Shown here piece by piece: positions 24,818 to 37,942 of a stretch of 64,000 nucleotides of DNA. The stretch is from Octopus sinensis. Its lineage: Eukaryota. Numbering within the stretch: position 1 is the stretch's first letter; each line of letters begins with the position of its first letter. Below the pieces are notes generated by a model, which worked only from the letters and a program-made list of their open reading frames with translations, did no database searches and was not told the origin of the DNA. Where the stretch lies: positions 70,432,001 through 70,496,000 of the forward strand of contig NC_043007.1 of assembly GCF_006345805.1 (NCBI RefSeq). The letters are read 5' to 3'. The position numbers and the translations under genes are program-made.

Positions 24818-26484
24818 CTGAAATTTAAAAAGAAAGGCAAATAATTTTCAAAAATCATAACATTTTATGAAAGAAACATTAATCTTACTTAAAACAAAGA
24901 GAAAAAAAATTACTTGCACCACCTCCACTAAAAAGGAAAGAAATGCACATCTGGGAATTAGCAACCAGCCGAGAACTGAAAAGATGAGCTCCAATTGTCT
25001 CCTTAATGCTAGTAAGGAAATGCCAAGGAGACTGTATTGGAATTGGACCTCAAGGCAGTGATGATGGACTGGGAAGTGTGGTAGGGAGACTTTGTTGCTG
25101 CAGCCTGGCCACAACAATAATAAAAGGAACGACACATTTCTACCAAAAATTAGATCCATCCTTTGTGGAGGATTTAAGCAATACCAAACAGAAGAACAAA
25201 CAGTAAGTTTACATCACTGAGTTTGGTAATCTGGTTGCAAGACTTGGAGATTATAAAATAACTTTACTGGAACTGGTTCTGGCACAGGAGACATTAGAAA
25301 AGTTTGATTCCATGAAAATTAACACTGACGATTTATACAAACTAATATGAACTAGGATGATATCAATTAGAATTACTCATTAAAAAGAAGAAAAAAAAAC
25401 CTTTCTAACAAGAGTTAAGTAATAAAGAGGAGTCAATATTTATTAGGAAAACCAAGTTTTTAAAATTTACATTAACCCTTTAGCATTCAACCGGACATAT
25501 CTAGCTCAAATACTCTTCTTTATATTTAATCCTTTAGCATTCAGATTATTCTGTCAAATGTATTGCTTCTTTATTCACAATGTTTTGAATTTATCATGCA
25601 TTGTCTTGTGGCTTCAAGATTTTGATAACGTGAATGTTTATTTTTTTACAATGGTATTATAGAAGTGTGAGATATTGAATGTGACCAATCTGAACATAAA
25701 AGAGGCAGAATATTTCGGCCAGATCTCACTTCTCACACTTTCTGTATGTTACAATGACAATTTAAGAATAACAATCACACCATCGAAATCTTGAAGCTAC
25801 GAGATGATGCATGATGAATTCAAAACAATGCGAACAAAGAAGCATTACACTCAACAGAGTAGTCTGCTCAAAAGTTGAATGAAATAAGGGTAGAAAAACT
25901 CAGATGTATTTTTGCATTCAATCATGGTTGCTTAACACTGACTGGACCAACACTGAATGAGCAAATCTACGATTAAAAGCAATCCAGCCATGACAATCCT
26001 GTCTTTTCCAATATGCAGCAACCACAACACTACAGTTAATGCATACTATTTCAAGACTGCTATATCTAGCAGATCATGTAATCAGATAAAGACTCCCTCA
26101 TTATTGAGATTGTTAGAAAGTCTATAAAAAGCCATAAAGAATAATAACTGCAGAGACTATGTTACAGGCATATTTATTATTGCTTTTATTACAGGACATG
26201 ATCAAGCATTCAGCACTTTCTTACAATGGAACAGGTGCAACCAGTTTCCACAAGCAATCTGTTAGCAACATTTTATTTTCTATTACACTGAAAGTCTTCA
26301 ATGTATTTTAGTTCCTGATATACCTTTATCCTACAGAAAATACACTATAGACCATTGTTTTTTCTTCAGTGTAGACAGAAAGTGGAATGCCTATGCATAC
26401 GATCAAATTACTTGATGTTTCAAGTTTAAACCTGCCCAGTAGTGATGAACGGGTGACAACCACTTCTAGTGAAACACATACAAA

Positions 26485-27100
26485 TAGATTTCCCCACCAG
26501 CAGGAGAAAATTATAAATGTATTGTATATAATTAATTATTTTACTTAGAATTTATTGAGTCAATGTAGTTTTAAGAAAAAGTAACACTTTCAGTAAGTCC
26601 ATAATTAATGGTATTATCTCTTCTAGAAAGGCATCAGTGCCATAACAGCCCATTACACCTCCTCTTCTACCTGTACATACTAGAATTTATGCTAAAAGAA
26701 AGCAAAATTTTGAGACATATAAGTTTTTTTAAATGACAAGGAAAGGAAATTTTGAGACATAAGTTTTTTAAAAATGACAAGGAAAGGAAATAAATGCCAT
26801 AAAAAAAAATTATAGATTTCCCCACCAGCAGGAGAAAATTATAAATGTATTGTATATAATTAATTATTTTACTTAGAATTTATTGAGTCAATGTAGTTTT
26901 AAGAAAAAGTAACACTTTCAGTAAGTCCATAATTAATGATATTATCTCTTCTAGAAAGGCATCAGTGTCATAACATCCCATTACACCTCCTCCTCCACCT
27001 GTACATACTAGAATTTATGCTAAAAGAAAGCAAAATTTTGAGACATATAAGTCTTTTAAAAATGACAAGGAAAGGAAATAAATGCCATAAAAAAAAATGC
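26485..27100. repeat. Near-identical tandem duplication (period 328 bp)
   Basis: tagatttccccaccagcagg at 26485 and 26813; about five substitutions. Unit 1 has an internal ~40-bp duplication. Confidence 0.95.
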
Positions 27101-28438
27101 GCAAAAAAAAACTGAGGAAAGCCATGATCTAAAATAGAAAAATGTGAAAGAATCTGTTGGCCTTTAAAGGAGAAGTAAAACAGCATCAGTTTGGTGGTGG
27201 TGGTGTAGGGGAGGAAGCTGGTGGAAGGAAGGAATGGTAAATTGGGAGGAAGATGAGCAGCATTCAGAACTACCGTTGTTGTGGTTGTTGTTGCTTGCAC
27301 ACACACACACAAACTTCAGTAAGCAACTAGAAAGAGAACATTGAATGAGTAAGTGTTGTTAGGAGCAGCCAACTATGAAGAGGCATTGAGGATGAACAGC
27401 CTTACTGTTATTTTATTGCACCACACAACTGAAGAAGCTGCATAAACTTACTAACAGTTTAAAAGAAAAAAAAAAGCAACATGCACACATATGGAAACAT
27501 TAACTGCTTTGAATAGGCACAATTCCCTACAGTTAGGGAAGAAAACAAGCAGCTATGATATTCATGCTTTTTGAAAGATATTCACAAGTATATAACTGAA
27601 GTGAATGGCTCCTATGAGGAACTAAAACCCAATTATAAGCTTAACTTGTTAGGACTACATTAAATGCCCACATCAGTGCATATACTACAATGTTGGCTTG
27701 TAAAGGAAGGAGAAAACAAAAATCTTACAAAGATAATGCACAATAAATACATTGAATTACTAACACATATTTACTATTTATAGAAATAAATAAATCTATG
27801 TTCACCGTAGTCGAAACTAAGGTAGTACAACACAAAGGGCTATCATCTGAAAAATTCAGTTCAGCTTTGATATTTCTATATCAATAATGTAAATACAAAT
27901 GAGACAAGATTCAATCAATACACTTAACCCTCTCTCCCTCTCATATATATATATATTTAATATACACACACACATTACATATATATATATATATATATTT
28001 AATATACACACACACATTACATAATTAATGATATTATCTCTTCTAAAAAAGTGTGTGTGTGTATACAAATATGCAGTTTATAAGTCACAAGGCAGTTTTT
28101 TTTTCCCTCCCAGTTAAAAATCAAGAATAAACTAGGGCAACTTAAACGTGAGTAAATACAGTACACACATGCACACACACACGATAAAAACCTAACGTAT
28201 TTTTTCCCAGACAACTGCAGTCAGAGCTGACCAATGATGTCCCAACATCAACAACTACAGCTGCCAGTGACTGTTAATAATTAGTATAATGATGATAAAC
28301 ATTATCCATGATACATAAGTCACTGGTGAATAACAAAAACTGGTCATGTTGATTGGTTGCTATATAAAGAAGCTTATGGGTTAGTAGTTTGGTCAGTATA
28401 AATATACAGAAAAGAAAAATAAGTTTCGATGACTAGAT

Positions 28439-28685
28439 CAGTGGTTCCCAAGGTGGGTGGTACTGCCCTCAACCTAGGGCTGGTAGAAGGGTGGGGGTGT
28501 TGAAGGAAAGTGGAGTGATAATGGGGTAGCCAAAAGGGTGACAATGGATGTAACCCCGCCCCAACCCCCCAAACAATGGCTTAAGTTTTATTTGTGAAAT
28601 ACAGTTGTTTTGAATTTACAGCAGAAAGTAGTAAATGCTTGTGGTGTCAAGGGGGCAAGAGCCTGAAAAAGTTTGGGAACCACTG
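28439..28685. mobile_element. hAT (Charlie-like) MITE
   Basis: TIR CAGTGGTTCCCAA/TTGGGAACCACTG; 8-bp flanks gactagat and gagtaaat match at 6/8. Confidence 0.8.
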
Positions 28686-28792
28686 GAGTAAATTAATATC
28701 ACCAGGGTTAAATAATGCTCGATCTTGATAATTAGTCTTGTTAATTTGTTGTCATGAAATCCAGGAAAATGGATTTTGAAAATTCAACTATA

Positions 28793-29187
28793 TCTCTCTC
28801 TATATAAAGCTGAAGTTGTCTGTGTATGGCAGGTTTGGTAGCCTTTAACTAACACTATTTCCTCCGAGACCCTGCGGCACAAGTTGACCAAAATTGAGAG
28901 TATGATAGAAGAATGTTTGCTCTTCCTTCCGTAGAAGAAAAAATTCAAATCGGACCATGGTAACACCAAAAATTATTTACATAAAAAAGGTGCTTTTTTT
29001 TTCTATGAAAATCCCTATTTTTTAAAGATTTTTTTACTGCCGTGTCGCCATTTTTCGGTATATTTCAACCAGAAAAATGTTCTCTTAAAGAGAATAACAA
29101 GCTACATAATGCAAAACTTTTACTTTTCAAAAGTTCCAATTCTAAAGGGTCGAAACAAACCCGAGCAACGCCGGGCGATACTGCTAG
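28793..29187 (+). mobile_element. Non-autonomous Helitron
   Basis: a|TCTCTCTCTATATAAAGCTG...cccgagcaacgccgggcgatactgCTAG|t; sister copy at 56497-56890. Confidence 0.88.
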
Positions 29188-29359
29188 TTTGTAATAAATT
29201 GTAGATTAATAAGATTACTGAAAAAGGAAACTTGACCAGTCTTTAACAAATTCTCTTACAACAGTGAACAGATTAAGGCATCTTTAATTCCTCAAAGTAT
29301 TAAAGCTTATCCCTAAACTGAATGAACAATCAATGGTTAAAAATGTTTTTTTTAATTAG

Positions 29360-29560
29360 GGTGGTGAGCTGGCAGAATCGTTTGCACATTGAACGGCATT
29401 TCTTCTAAGTTCATGTCCTAGGTTCAAATACCGTTGGGGGTCGACTTTACTTTTCATCATTACGGGGTTGATAAAATGAATATCAATTGAATATTAGGTC
29501 AATGTAATCAACTTCCACCCTATACGACAACTGGTGGCCTTGTACCAAAATTTCAAACCA
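29360..29560 (+). mobile_element. Second SINE family (ggtgagctggcagaatcgtt head), diverged
   Basis: Related copies at ~30690-30900 (+) and at 48665-48850, 49325-49552, 49862-50075, 52676-52840 and 57172-57386 (-). Confidence 0.75.
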
Positions 29561-31539
29561 ATATTAGTTCTTCGGGTGTACGTTTATCAATTATTTAGTT
29601 TATTTAAGTAGAAACCAATAACACAAACTTTTAAAGGAAACTGTTGCACTATCTGGATATTTATTTATTCTGGAACAAAAGGAGAAGCTCCATGCTGTTG
29701 TTTGCTGATAAACAGAATCAAAAGGTAAAATACGATTACAAAATATGAGTTGTGACTGTGTAGTAAGAAGTCTACTATGCAATCACATGGTTCCAAATTC
29801 AATACCACTGCATTGGTACCTTGGGCAAGTGTCTTCTATTACAGCCTTGTAAGTGGATATGGAAGATGGAAACTGAAAGAAACCTGTCATGTGTGTGTGT
29901 ATGTCCTCCACCACTGCTTGACAACCAATGTTGGTGTATTTACATCCCAGTAACTTAAGTTTGACAAAAGAGACTGCTAGAATAAATACCAGACTTTAAA
30001 ATAAAATAAATACTGGGGCAACTAAAATTCCGAGTAAGGATTAGTTTTCCCCATACAACCCTGCATGTAAATCTTGCTAATCCATCATATTCTTTCCCTT
30101 CTTTAATATCATTAAGATATGATTTATACTGATCCATCCCTCTCTCCATTTAGTTTCATCTGCATTATGAATAGGTTTTTTTTTTGTTAAAAGAATAATT
30201 GTCCCTAACTGGTGTGTGAGATGTAGTTTGAACTTCAATCTGGTCTGCAAAACCAAACAAGTTTAACCCTTCAACAAGACCATTTTAATGACAACACTAA
30301 GCCCCAAATCATTATAAAATAATTATTTTGCCCTTTAGTATTTAAACAGGCCATATCAGGCCCAAATATTCTACCTGCTTTATATTCAAACTGGACAAAT
30401 CTGGCCCCTCACACCAACCATACAATATCATTCTAAAACTTAAAAGTTACCTCATCAAAGCTACAAGATAAAATGTAAGATTAATTCAAAGCATGTGAAT
30501 AAATAAGCAACAATTTTGACAGGATAAGGTGAACCCTAAAAGGTTAAACTACCTAAATGTAGTCAATTATCTTTTCTGTATACCCCGCCAGAATCATGCT
30601 TAAAAAATGTCTAAACTCTTAAAACAATGATAGTATTGTTGCTGACTCCCTTTAAAAAACCCATTGGCAATATTCATGTACTGCAAGACAGAGAGCTGAC
30701 AGAATTGTTAGCACAGTAGGCAAAATGCTTAGCAGTATTTCGTCCATCTTTATGTTCTGAATTCAAATTCCACTGAGGATGACTTTGCTTTCATCCTTTC
30801 GGGGTCAATAAAATAGATACTACTTGAGCACTGGGATCAATGCAATTGATTTAACCCAACCCTGAACTTGCTGGCCTTGTGCCAAAATTTGAAAGCAATG
30901 TTCCTGTACTGCAACAAGCTAGTTAAAACATTCAACAAATATCTTACATTTTTAAAGTAAGGAATTTTTAAAATTGATTCTAAATTGCCATGAGTAACAA
31001 ATCACAAATGTTGAATTTCATGCTAAAATCTTTGAGAGCGTAAAAGAGACAAGCCTTAGCAGATGCCTAACGAAACCTTAAATACACCGCATCAAACAAA
31101 TGGGTTCATTTGTGCTTGTTTTAACCTCTTCATTTAGGATATCCACATTTTAACTTTTAACTAACATCAGTTCAATTTTTCTCTCTGCACAAATACTAAA
31201 CAAGACAGTTTCCTCTTCAACTTATCCAAGGTTGACTCATAAAAGCCAACCACCAGCTTTGTCACAACTCTTTCATCAACATTACTGAATCATAGGATAA
31301 TTGAGAGAGGGTGGGAGCGTTGGGGTGTTAGTACTTCATGTGAATTATTGCAGATTGTTAGAGGAAAGAAAATGCTGGTTAAAATAAATAAAAAAAATCG
31401 AGTTGTAGAGTATAGAACTTGACTGAATACAAAGTATGGAAGCTGGAAGATGAGACAGCATATGTAATGAGAAGAAAAGTGAATCAAGGTCTTTGAAATC
31501 AGGAAGGAATGTCAGTTATAAAACAAAAGATGCAATCTA

Positions 31540-32112
31540 TCTATCTATCGATGTGCAAACAGCCATGCTACATGGCAGTGAAACGTGAGCTGTGACCACA
31601 GAAAATATGCAAAGGCTTGAAAAAAATTAAGATGGTATGCTTCACAGGATGTGCAATGTCAGTGTGCATGTACAAGACAGTGTAAGCATCTTGAGAGAAA
31701 AATTGGGGCTAAGAGGAATCATATGTGGTATGCAAGAGAGACAACTGCACTGGTATGGACATGTGATGCCCATGGATGAGAACAATTGTGTAAAGAAATG
31801 CTGGTCTCTAACTGTGGAGGGAGCCTGTGGAAGAAGCAGACCCAGGAAGACATGGGAGGAGGTGATGATAAATGACCAAGACCTTTGGCAATATGCTGTG
31901 CTTGAGAAAACTCATCAAGCCAAGTGAAAGGGTGGTCATGGCCAGTGTCATGTAACCAGCACCCATTACACTCTTGGAGTGGTTGGCGTTAGGAAGTGCA
32001 TCCAGCTGTAGAAACCATGCCAAATCAGACTGGAATCTGGTGCATCCCTCCAGCTTACCAGTTTCAGTAAAACCATTTAACCCATACCAGCATGAAAAGT
32101 GGATGCTTAATG
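31540..32112 (+). mobile_element. RTE LINE 3' end
   Basis: QERQLHWYGHVM...GACGRSRPRKTWEEV, then 3' UTR and (GAT)n tail. Confidence 0.85.
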
Positions 32113-32149
32113 ATGATGATAATATATATATATTACAGAAAGATAGAGT

Positions 32150-33852
32150 ATATGGTAAAATATGTCAGAGAAGCACCATTGATGATATATTTCTGGTAGG
32201 ACAGCTGCAGGAAAAATAAATAGCCAAAGATAAGCCTCTGTACTTGGCCTTTGACAGGGTCCCCTGATCCATAATCTGGTGGTCAATGCGGAAACTAGGG
32301 ATAGACGAGTGGTTGGTGAGAGCTGTACAAGTTATGTACAGAGATGCTGTCAGTAAGGTGAGGGTTGGCAATGAGTACAGCAAAGAATTCAAGGTACAAG
32401 TAGGGGTTCACCAAGGATTGGTGCTCAGCCCCCTTTTGTTCATTATAGTCCTCCATGCAATAACAGAGGAATTTAAGACAGGCTGTCCCTGGGAGCTCCT
32501 CCATGTTGATGACCTTGCTCTTGTAGTGGAATCACTACCAGAACTAGAAGCAAGGTCTAGAATCGAAAGGCCTTGGAGTTAACCTAGCAAAAACCAAAGT
32601 CTTAGGAAGTAGGAAGGCAGGCAAATCACAAATTCCTGCAGGTAGATAGCCCTGCACGATCTGTAGAAAAGGAGTAGGTAGTAATGCCATAAGATGCACC
32701 CAGTATAAGCTTTGGACACCTGCCAGCGGGGGATCAAGCTGGAGGTAGTAGATAGCTTCCATTATCTAGGTGACCAAGTTAGTAGTGGGGGTGGATGCTC
32801 CAAGAGTGTAGCTGTGATAATGCTACATGGCAGTGAAATACGGGCTGTGACAACCGAGGACATGCGTAGGCTTGAAAGAAATGAAATCAGTATGCTTCGT
32901 TGGATGTGCAATGCCAATGTGCATGTTTGGCAGAGTGTAAGCTAGGCATATGAGGCATCAGATGTGGTGTGCAAGAGAGGCGACTTTGCTGGTATGGTCA
33001 TGTGATGTGTATGAATGAGGACAGTTGTGTAAAGTGCCAATCTCTAATTGTGGAGGGAACTTGTGGTAGAGGTAGACTCAGGAAGACATTCGATGAGGCA
33101 GTGAAGCATGATCTTCGAACTTTGAACCTCACAGAGGTAATGACTAGTGACCGAGACCTTTGGTAATACGCTGTGCTTGAGAAGACCCATCAAGCCAAGT
33201 GAACTCATAGTTATGGTTAATGTTGGTGTCACATAAAGAGCACTGTTCAAGCATTGGGCCTCACGGAAGCAAAGTGGCCAAGTTCCTTTTGAGCGTTGGG
33301 CCTCATGGAGGCAAAGTGATCGAATTCCTTTTGAGCATTGGGCCTCATGGAGGCAAAGTGGTCAAGTTCCCTTTGAGCATTGGGCCTCATGGAGGCAAAG
33401 TGGCTGAGTTCCTTTTGAGCGAGGGCCTCATGGAGGCAAAGTGGTCAAGTTTCTTTTGAGCATTGGGCCTCACGGAGGCAAAGTCGTCGAGTTCCTTTCG
33501 AGTGTTGCACCTCACAGAAGCAAAGTGGCTGAGTTCCTTTTGAGCATTGAGTCCCACAGATATAATGACTGAGACCATTGGAATTATGTTGTGCTTGAGA
33601 AGAAAATCCATCAAGCTGAGCAAAATCAGTCGTGGCAGATACTGGTGTCATGCAAATGGCATCTGTGCCAGTAGCCTGTAAAAGCATCCATTACACTCTC
33701 AGAGTGGTCGGTGTTAGGAGGGGCACCCAGTTGTAGAAAACCATGCTAAATCAGACTGGAGTCTGGTGCAGCCTTCCAGCTAACTAGCCCTGGTCAAACT
33801 GTCCAATCCATGCCAGCATGGACAACGGACGTTAAATGATGATGATGATAAT
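32150..33852 (+). mobile_element. RTE LINE, RT domain to tail, decayed
   Basis: MRKLGIDEWLVRAVQVMY, GVHQGLVLSPLLFIIVL, DDLALV and DSFHYLG motifs; (GAT)n tail. Confidence 0.9.
33249..33550. repeat. 42-bp minisatellite (~7 units) in the RTE 3' UTR
   Basis: Unit starts at 33249, 33291, 33333, 33375, 33417, 33458, 33500 and 33542; no spacers. Confidence 0.92.
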
Positions 33853-36689
33853 GTACATCTTTATATCTGCATTCTGAACAGTTAAGAAGACAAGAGTTTT
33901 ATTTCCATCAACTGCTTATCCCTTTCATTATCCCTCTATGTTTATATAAATAATATAGACACGTCTTTAAATTTCATGCCCTCAATTCATTGATATATTG
34001 CCGTGTAATCATCAGCATTTCATGCTCCTTCTTCATCAAGTTTTCAGTCTCTACTCAAAATTATAATCAACAAGAGTTCACCAGTATATTTGGCTGTTAC
34101 AAAGTTAAACTGGAGTTCCAACACAGATCTAGGCCATAAACTACAATAAGTTATCTCATGAAATTTTTTAGCTCTTCTGAATACTATTTGATATGAATAA
34201 TTCCCAGTCTAAATATGACACCAGCTAAAATCTATTTTTATCTCATTCGTTAACCTTTCTCTGATTCGGTGTGTTGCCATTTTCTGTTTCTTTTGAAACA
34301 AAACAAAAATTTAATTTAGATTTGTCTAGGAGACTGAATTTCTAAATTACGTTCACGTGACTACAACAGTTTTGTCATAATGTGTTGCTGTCCCATATGC
34401 AGTACTCAAAGCAGAATGACATATCAACTATATGCTGGTCAATCACAACCTGTGGTCTACAAAACTTTCTCAATGACACAGCTAAAATATAAAAGATACA
34501 TTTTATTTCTGTAGTAGGTGGTCAGCCTGGTGGTGAGTCATGCTTGAAGATTCTATCAGAGACTTCTAATTGATGACTGATTATGATCAATAAAAAGGAA
34601 AAAAAAAAAAATCAACCATGTCTTTTGACAAGCTCTCATTGTCCATTTAATAATTCTAAATATGTCTAAAACAATCAGATGGAAATGGTGTGGGTTTTTC
34701 CTGCCAGGAAGTAGTATTTCCAGTTTTTAAAACCGTTGCTTGAGCTACTATTGCAAATAAATGACACAAATCTCTCATGAATCATACCTTTCATTTTGGG
34801 AAGAAAAAAACAAAAAAAAAAAACATTGTAAAGCAACGTCTCAGATATACTAGGCCTGAAAGAGAATAAAAAGACAGGATGATCACAAATGGAAATACCA
34901 TTGATTATAAGGTCTGCTTCGCCAGGATTGACATGATACTAAACAATTTTTAGTATTAATACCTGTTTAGAGGGTCATTCCAACAATCTACATAGTACTT
35001 TTTGTATATAACAACACATAACTAAGTACTTCAGACTTGCAGTCTTTCAAAAATAGTTCATTTTTAGCTTCTATAATGTTAAACAAATCTTCCCTGAATA
35101 TGACATTAGTCCATTACTGGCAACTTTTCCACGAGTTCTACTTCATATTTCTGATAACTATTCTTAGCAAAGTAGATTAAAAGAGAAAAGAACAAAGTAA
35201 CTTTTAACTATTTTCATTCCAAACTGCCTGACACTACCCCTAGGATACAAACTTCATGTTTAAAGTTATCTAAATGGAAATCCTCCATCAAAATTTCATG
35301 TTAATGTTTTATTCCAAACACCAGATAATATAATCACAAAGTTATGTTACTAAATCCTACATCATTTTAAAAATTAATTGAAATGAAAGTGATGTGTATC
35401 AACGGAAATATAGTAACAGAAGGATTAGTAACTGACAGAAGGAGAATGCATTTGGTACTGACTAGTTTTATAACTCATAATAGAGGCAGATGACTTAGGA
35501 GCATCATTTTTGAAACCTTGGAACCGCCTCAGTTCAAATCATTGTCTTCATAAATTCAGAATAAATAAACACTAAAATATAATTATCATATATTTTATTA
35601 ATCCTAAAGATTCTCAGAGAATCAACCTCATCACAAACATATAGTTTATAGAAAATATTTTCTCCAGGATTTTCATAAACAAGGCACAGGAATAAGTTTG
35701 CTTCCCAACCACATGGTTCTAGGTTCAGTTTGGACAAATGGCTTTGGGCTAACCACAACCTTGTGAGTGGGCTTGGTAGACCGAGAGGAGCCAGTTGTAT
35801 ATATCTATGTCTGTCTAATCTATCTATATGTGTGGTTGTTTGTGTCAGCCCCCAACTACTGTTGGCATCTTTACATCCCTGTAATTTAGCGGTTCAACAA
35901 GAGACCAACAGAATAGGTACTGGGGTCAATTTGTTTGACTAAAGAATTCTGAAAGATGGTGCCACAGCCTAATGATTGAAACAAGTAAAAGATAAACATT
36001 AACCAATGATTAATATTTTTGCCTATCATGTGACTGCCCTTATTCTGAAGGGAAAAAAAAGAAGTTTATATTACTGCTGTAGTCATTTCACTCAGTTAAA
36101 TCAGTAATATTCTTGTGGAAAATATGTTTTAATCAAATGTATAAAATGGGGAAGGCTTCATTGCAGAGCCATTAACTACTTCCTTACATCAGAGAGATGG
36201 CAGTAAGTTTGTCATTTCCTTTCCCCAATAAATCAAGAACTTTGAGCTAATGGAAGAAATCAATATTGTTTTTGAATACTTACATAACAGATATTACCCT
36301 ACTGTCATTTGTTTGGATTTTCAAATAACACATTTTATTGTTTAAACTCTTAATTCTCTTACAATATAAATATCTTCTTTACAGCTTTGTTTTCTATTCA
36401 GCATATTGCCTCTTATATTGCTAATATTATTTCTATTTAATCTGTTCCGTTACATTCACATTAAAACCAATGAAATATTATATTCCTAATTATTTCTATA
36501 TTTGAACCATTATATTTTCTCACTTCAACAGAAATTTAGAAAATAACTGTTTACCACTTGAAGGACTTTTAGGTTGTAAAGAGTAGAAACAGTTTGTTTA
36601 GGAATGAATGGCAATATAAAGTAAATAAGGTCATCAAGTATCAACAGAATACGCAGGTGATAGAATATCAGGTGAAATTGGTACGAGCC

Positions 36690-36741
36690 GACCAAAGCCT
36701 TGTGAGTGGATTTGGTAGACGGAAACTAAAAGAAGCCCGTC

Positions 36742-36779
<38 letters not shown>

Positions 36780-37042
36780 TATATATATATAAATATATAT
36801 ATATAAATATATATATAAATATATATATATATATAATATATATGTGTGTGTCTGTGTTTGTCCCCCCAACATCACTTGACAACCGATGCTGGTGTGTTTA
36901 TGTCCCCATAACTTAGTAGTTCGGCAAAAGAGAACCGATAGAATATTACTAGACTTACAAAGAATAAGTCCTGAGGTCGATTTGCTCAACTAAAGGCGGT
37001 GCTCCAGCATAGCCACAGTCAAATGACTGAAACAAGTAAAAA
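36690..37042 (+). mobile_element. tRNA-derived SINE lacking its 5' head
   Basis: Matches 15329-15737 from gaccaaagccttg onward. Other plus-strand copies at ~29770-30020, 35695-35992 and 53150-53535. Confidence 0.85.
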
Positions 37043-37112
37043 AGTATATATATATATATATAACAAAGAGATGACATAAAAAAAAAACAAATGGTATGCA
37101 ATGAACTTCATT

Positions 37113-37191
37113 AGCTTACAGCTGTTTCAGCCATGTGTGGTGGACTCTTTGGTTTAATACCAGAATAACATCCTGTAGCTTCATCAGAGCC
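37113..37191 (-). ncRNA. Type I hammerhead ribozyme motif, Penelope-like, with long loop II
   Basis: Minus strand: ggct CTGATGA agcta-(~42 nt)-tggct GAAA CAGCTGT A|agct. Palindrome ACAGCTGT in helix III; GUA triplet. Confidence 0.55.
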
Positions 37192-37942
37192 TTGAACATG
37201 AAGTGCACTTTATTTGGGAAAGTTACATTTTTCAAACATACAGGTATTATAAAATGAGAAAGTTTATGTTGAAGGCTATGGAAAGTTCTATCCCAAGGTA
37301 GAAGCTACAGGATGTTATCCTGGAAGTCCACCACATCTTATAGCAGAAACATAACTTGTGGTTTTTCTGGTGTCATCTCTTTGCTTTCTATTACCACTCT
37401 ATACTCATATAACATTGTGTTCTGGACCATACATATATTGATCTCCACACCAAGTTATTTGTTTCACTATGCCTAAGCAAAATATTAATATATATATATA
37501 TCAATGTACGTATATCATATATCTTATCTTCATCCGTCATTGTTGATGATGACCAAAGACATTACCTAGAAGATGGGGTATAAGTGTCCAGCTATGGCCG
37601 ATACATGCTAAGAAGGCTCTGTTGTAGTTTGGGCACTGGTGGTCTGTTGGGACTATAGACAAGAGGAAAGAAGAGAGACGATGTGCTTGGGTAGGATGTA
37701 GGAGCAGAGTGCAGAGATATAGATAGATGTAGTAGTACTCGAGGCGAGACAATTTGGTGGTCTGGGGAGTAGGGATGACCACAGTAACGAGGGTGTGAAG
37801 AACAATATTATATGGATGGTGAAATGGTTAATGAGTGAGATGGTTGTGGGTAGCAAGAGAGAAACAGTATCGAAATGAGAGAGGAGGAGAGCTGCAGTGG
37901 ATATATGGTGTGTGTGTATATTTATATATATATATATATATA

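Noticed and set aside
24848-25159. 103-aa ORF spliced in frame to cofilin exon 2 as an N-terminal extension
   Set aside because: The peptide looks non-natural, the donor is weak, and an extension would displace the conserved Ser3 N-terminus.
28195-28270. SLAAVVVDVGTS as an actin-like N-terminus
   Set aside because: No following KAGFAG motif and no other actin-like exons.
33249-33550. Regular 42-bp array (and the 60-bp array at 24275-24535) as CRISPR
   Set aside because: Head-to-tail units with no unique spacers and no cas genes; both lie inside RTE 3' UTRs.
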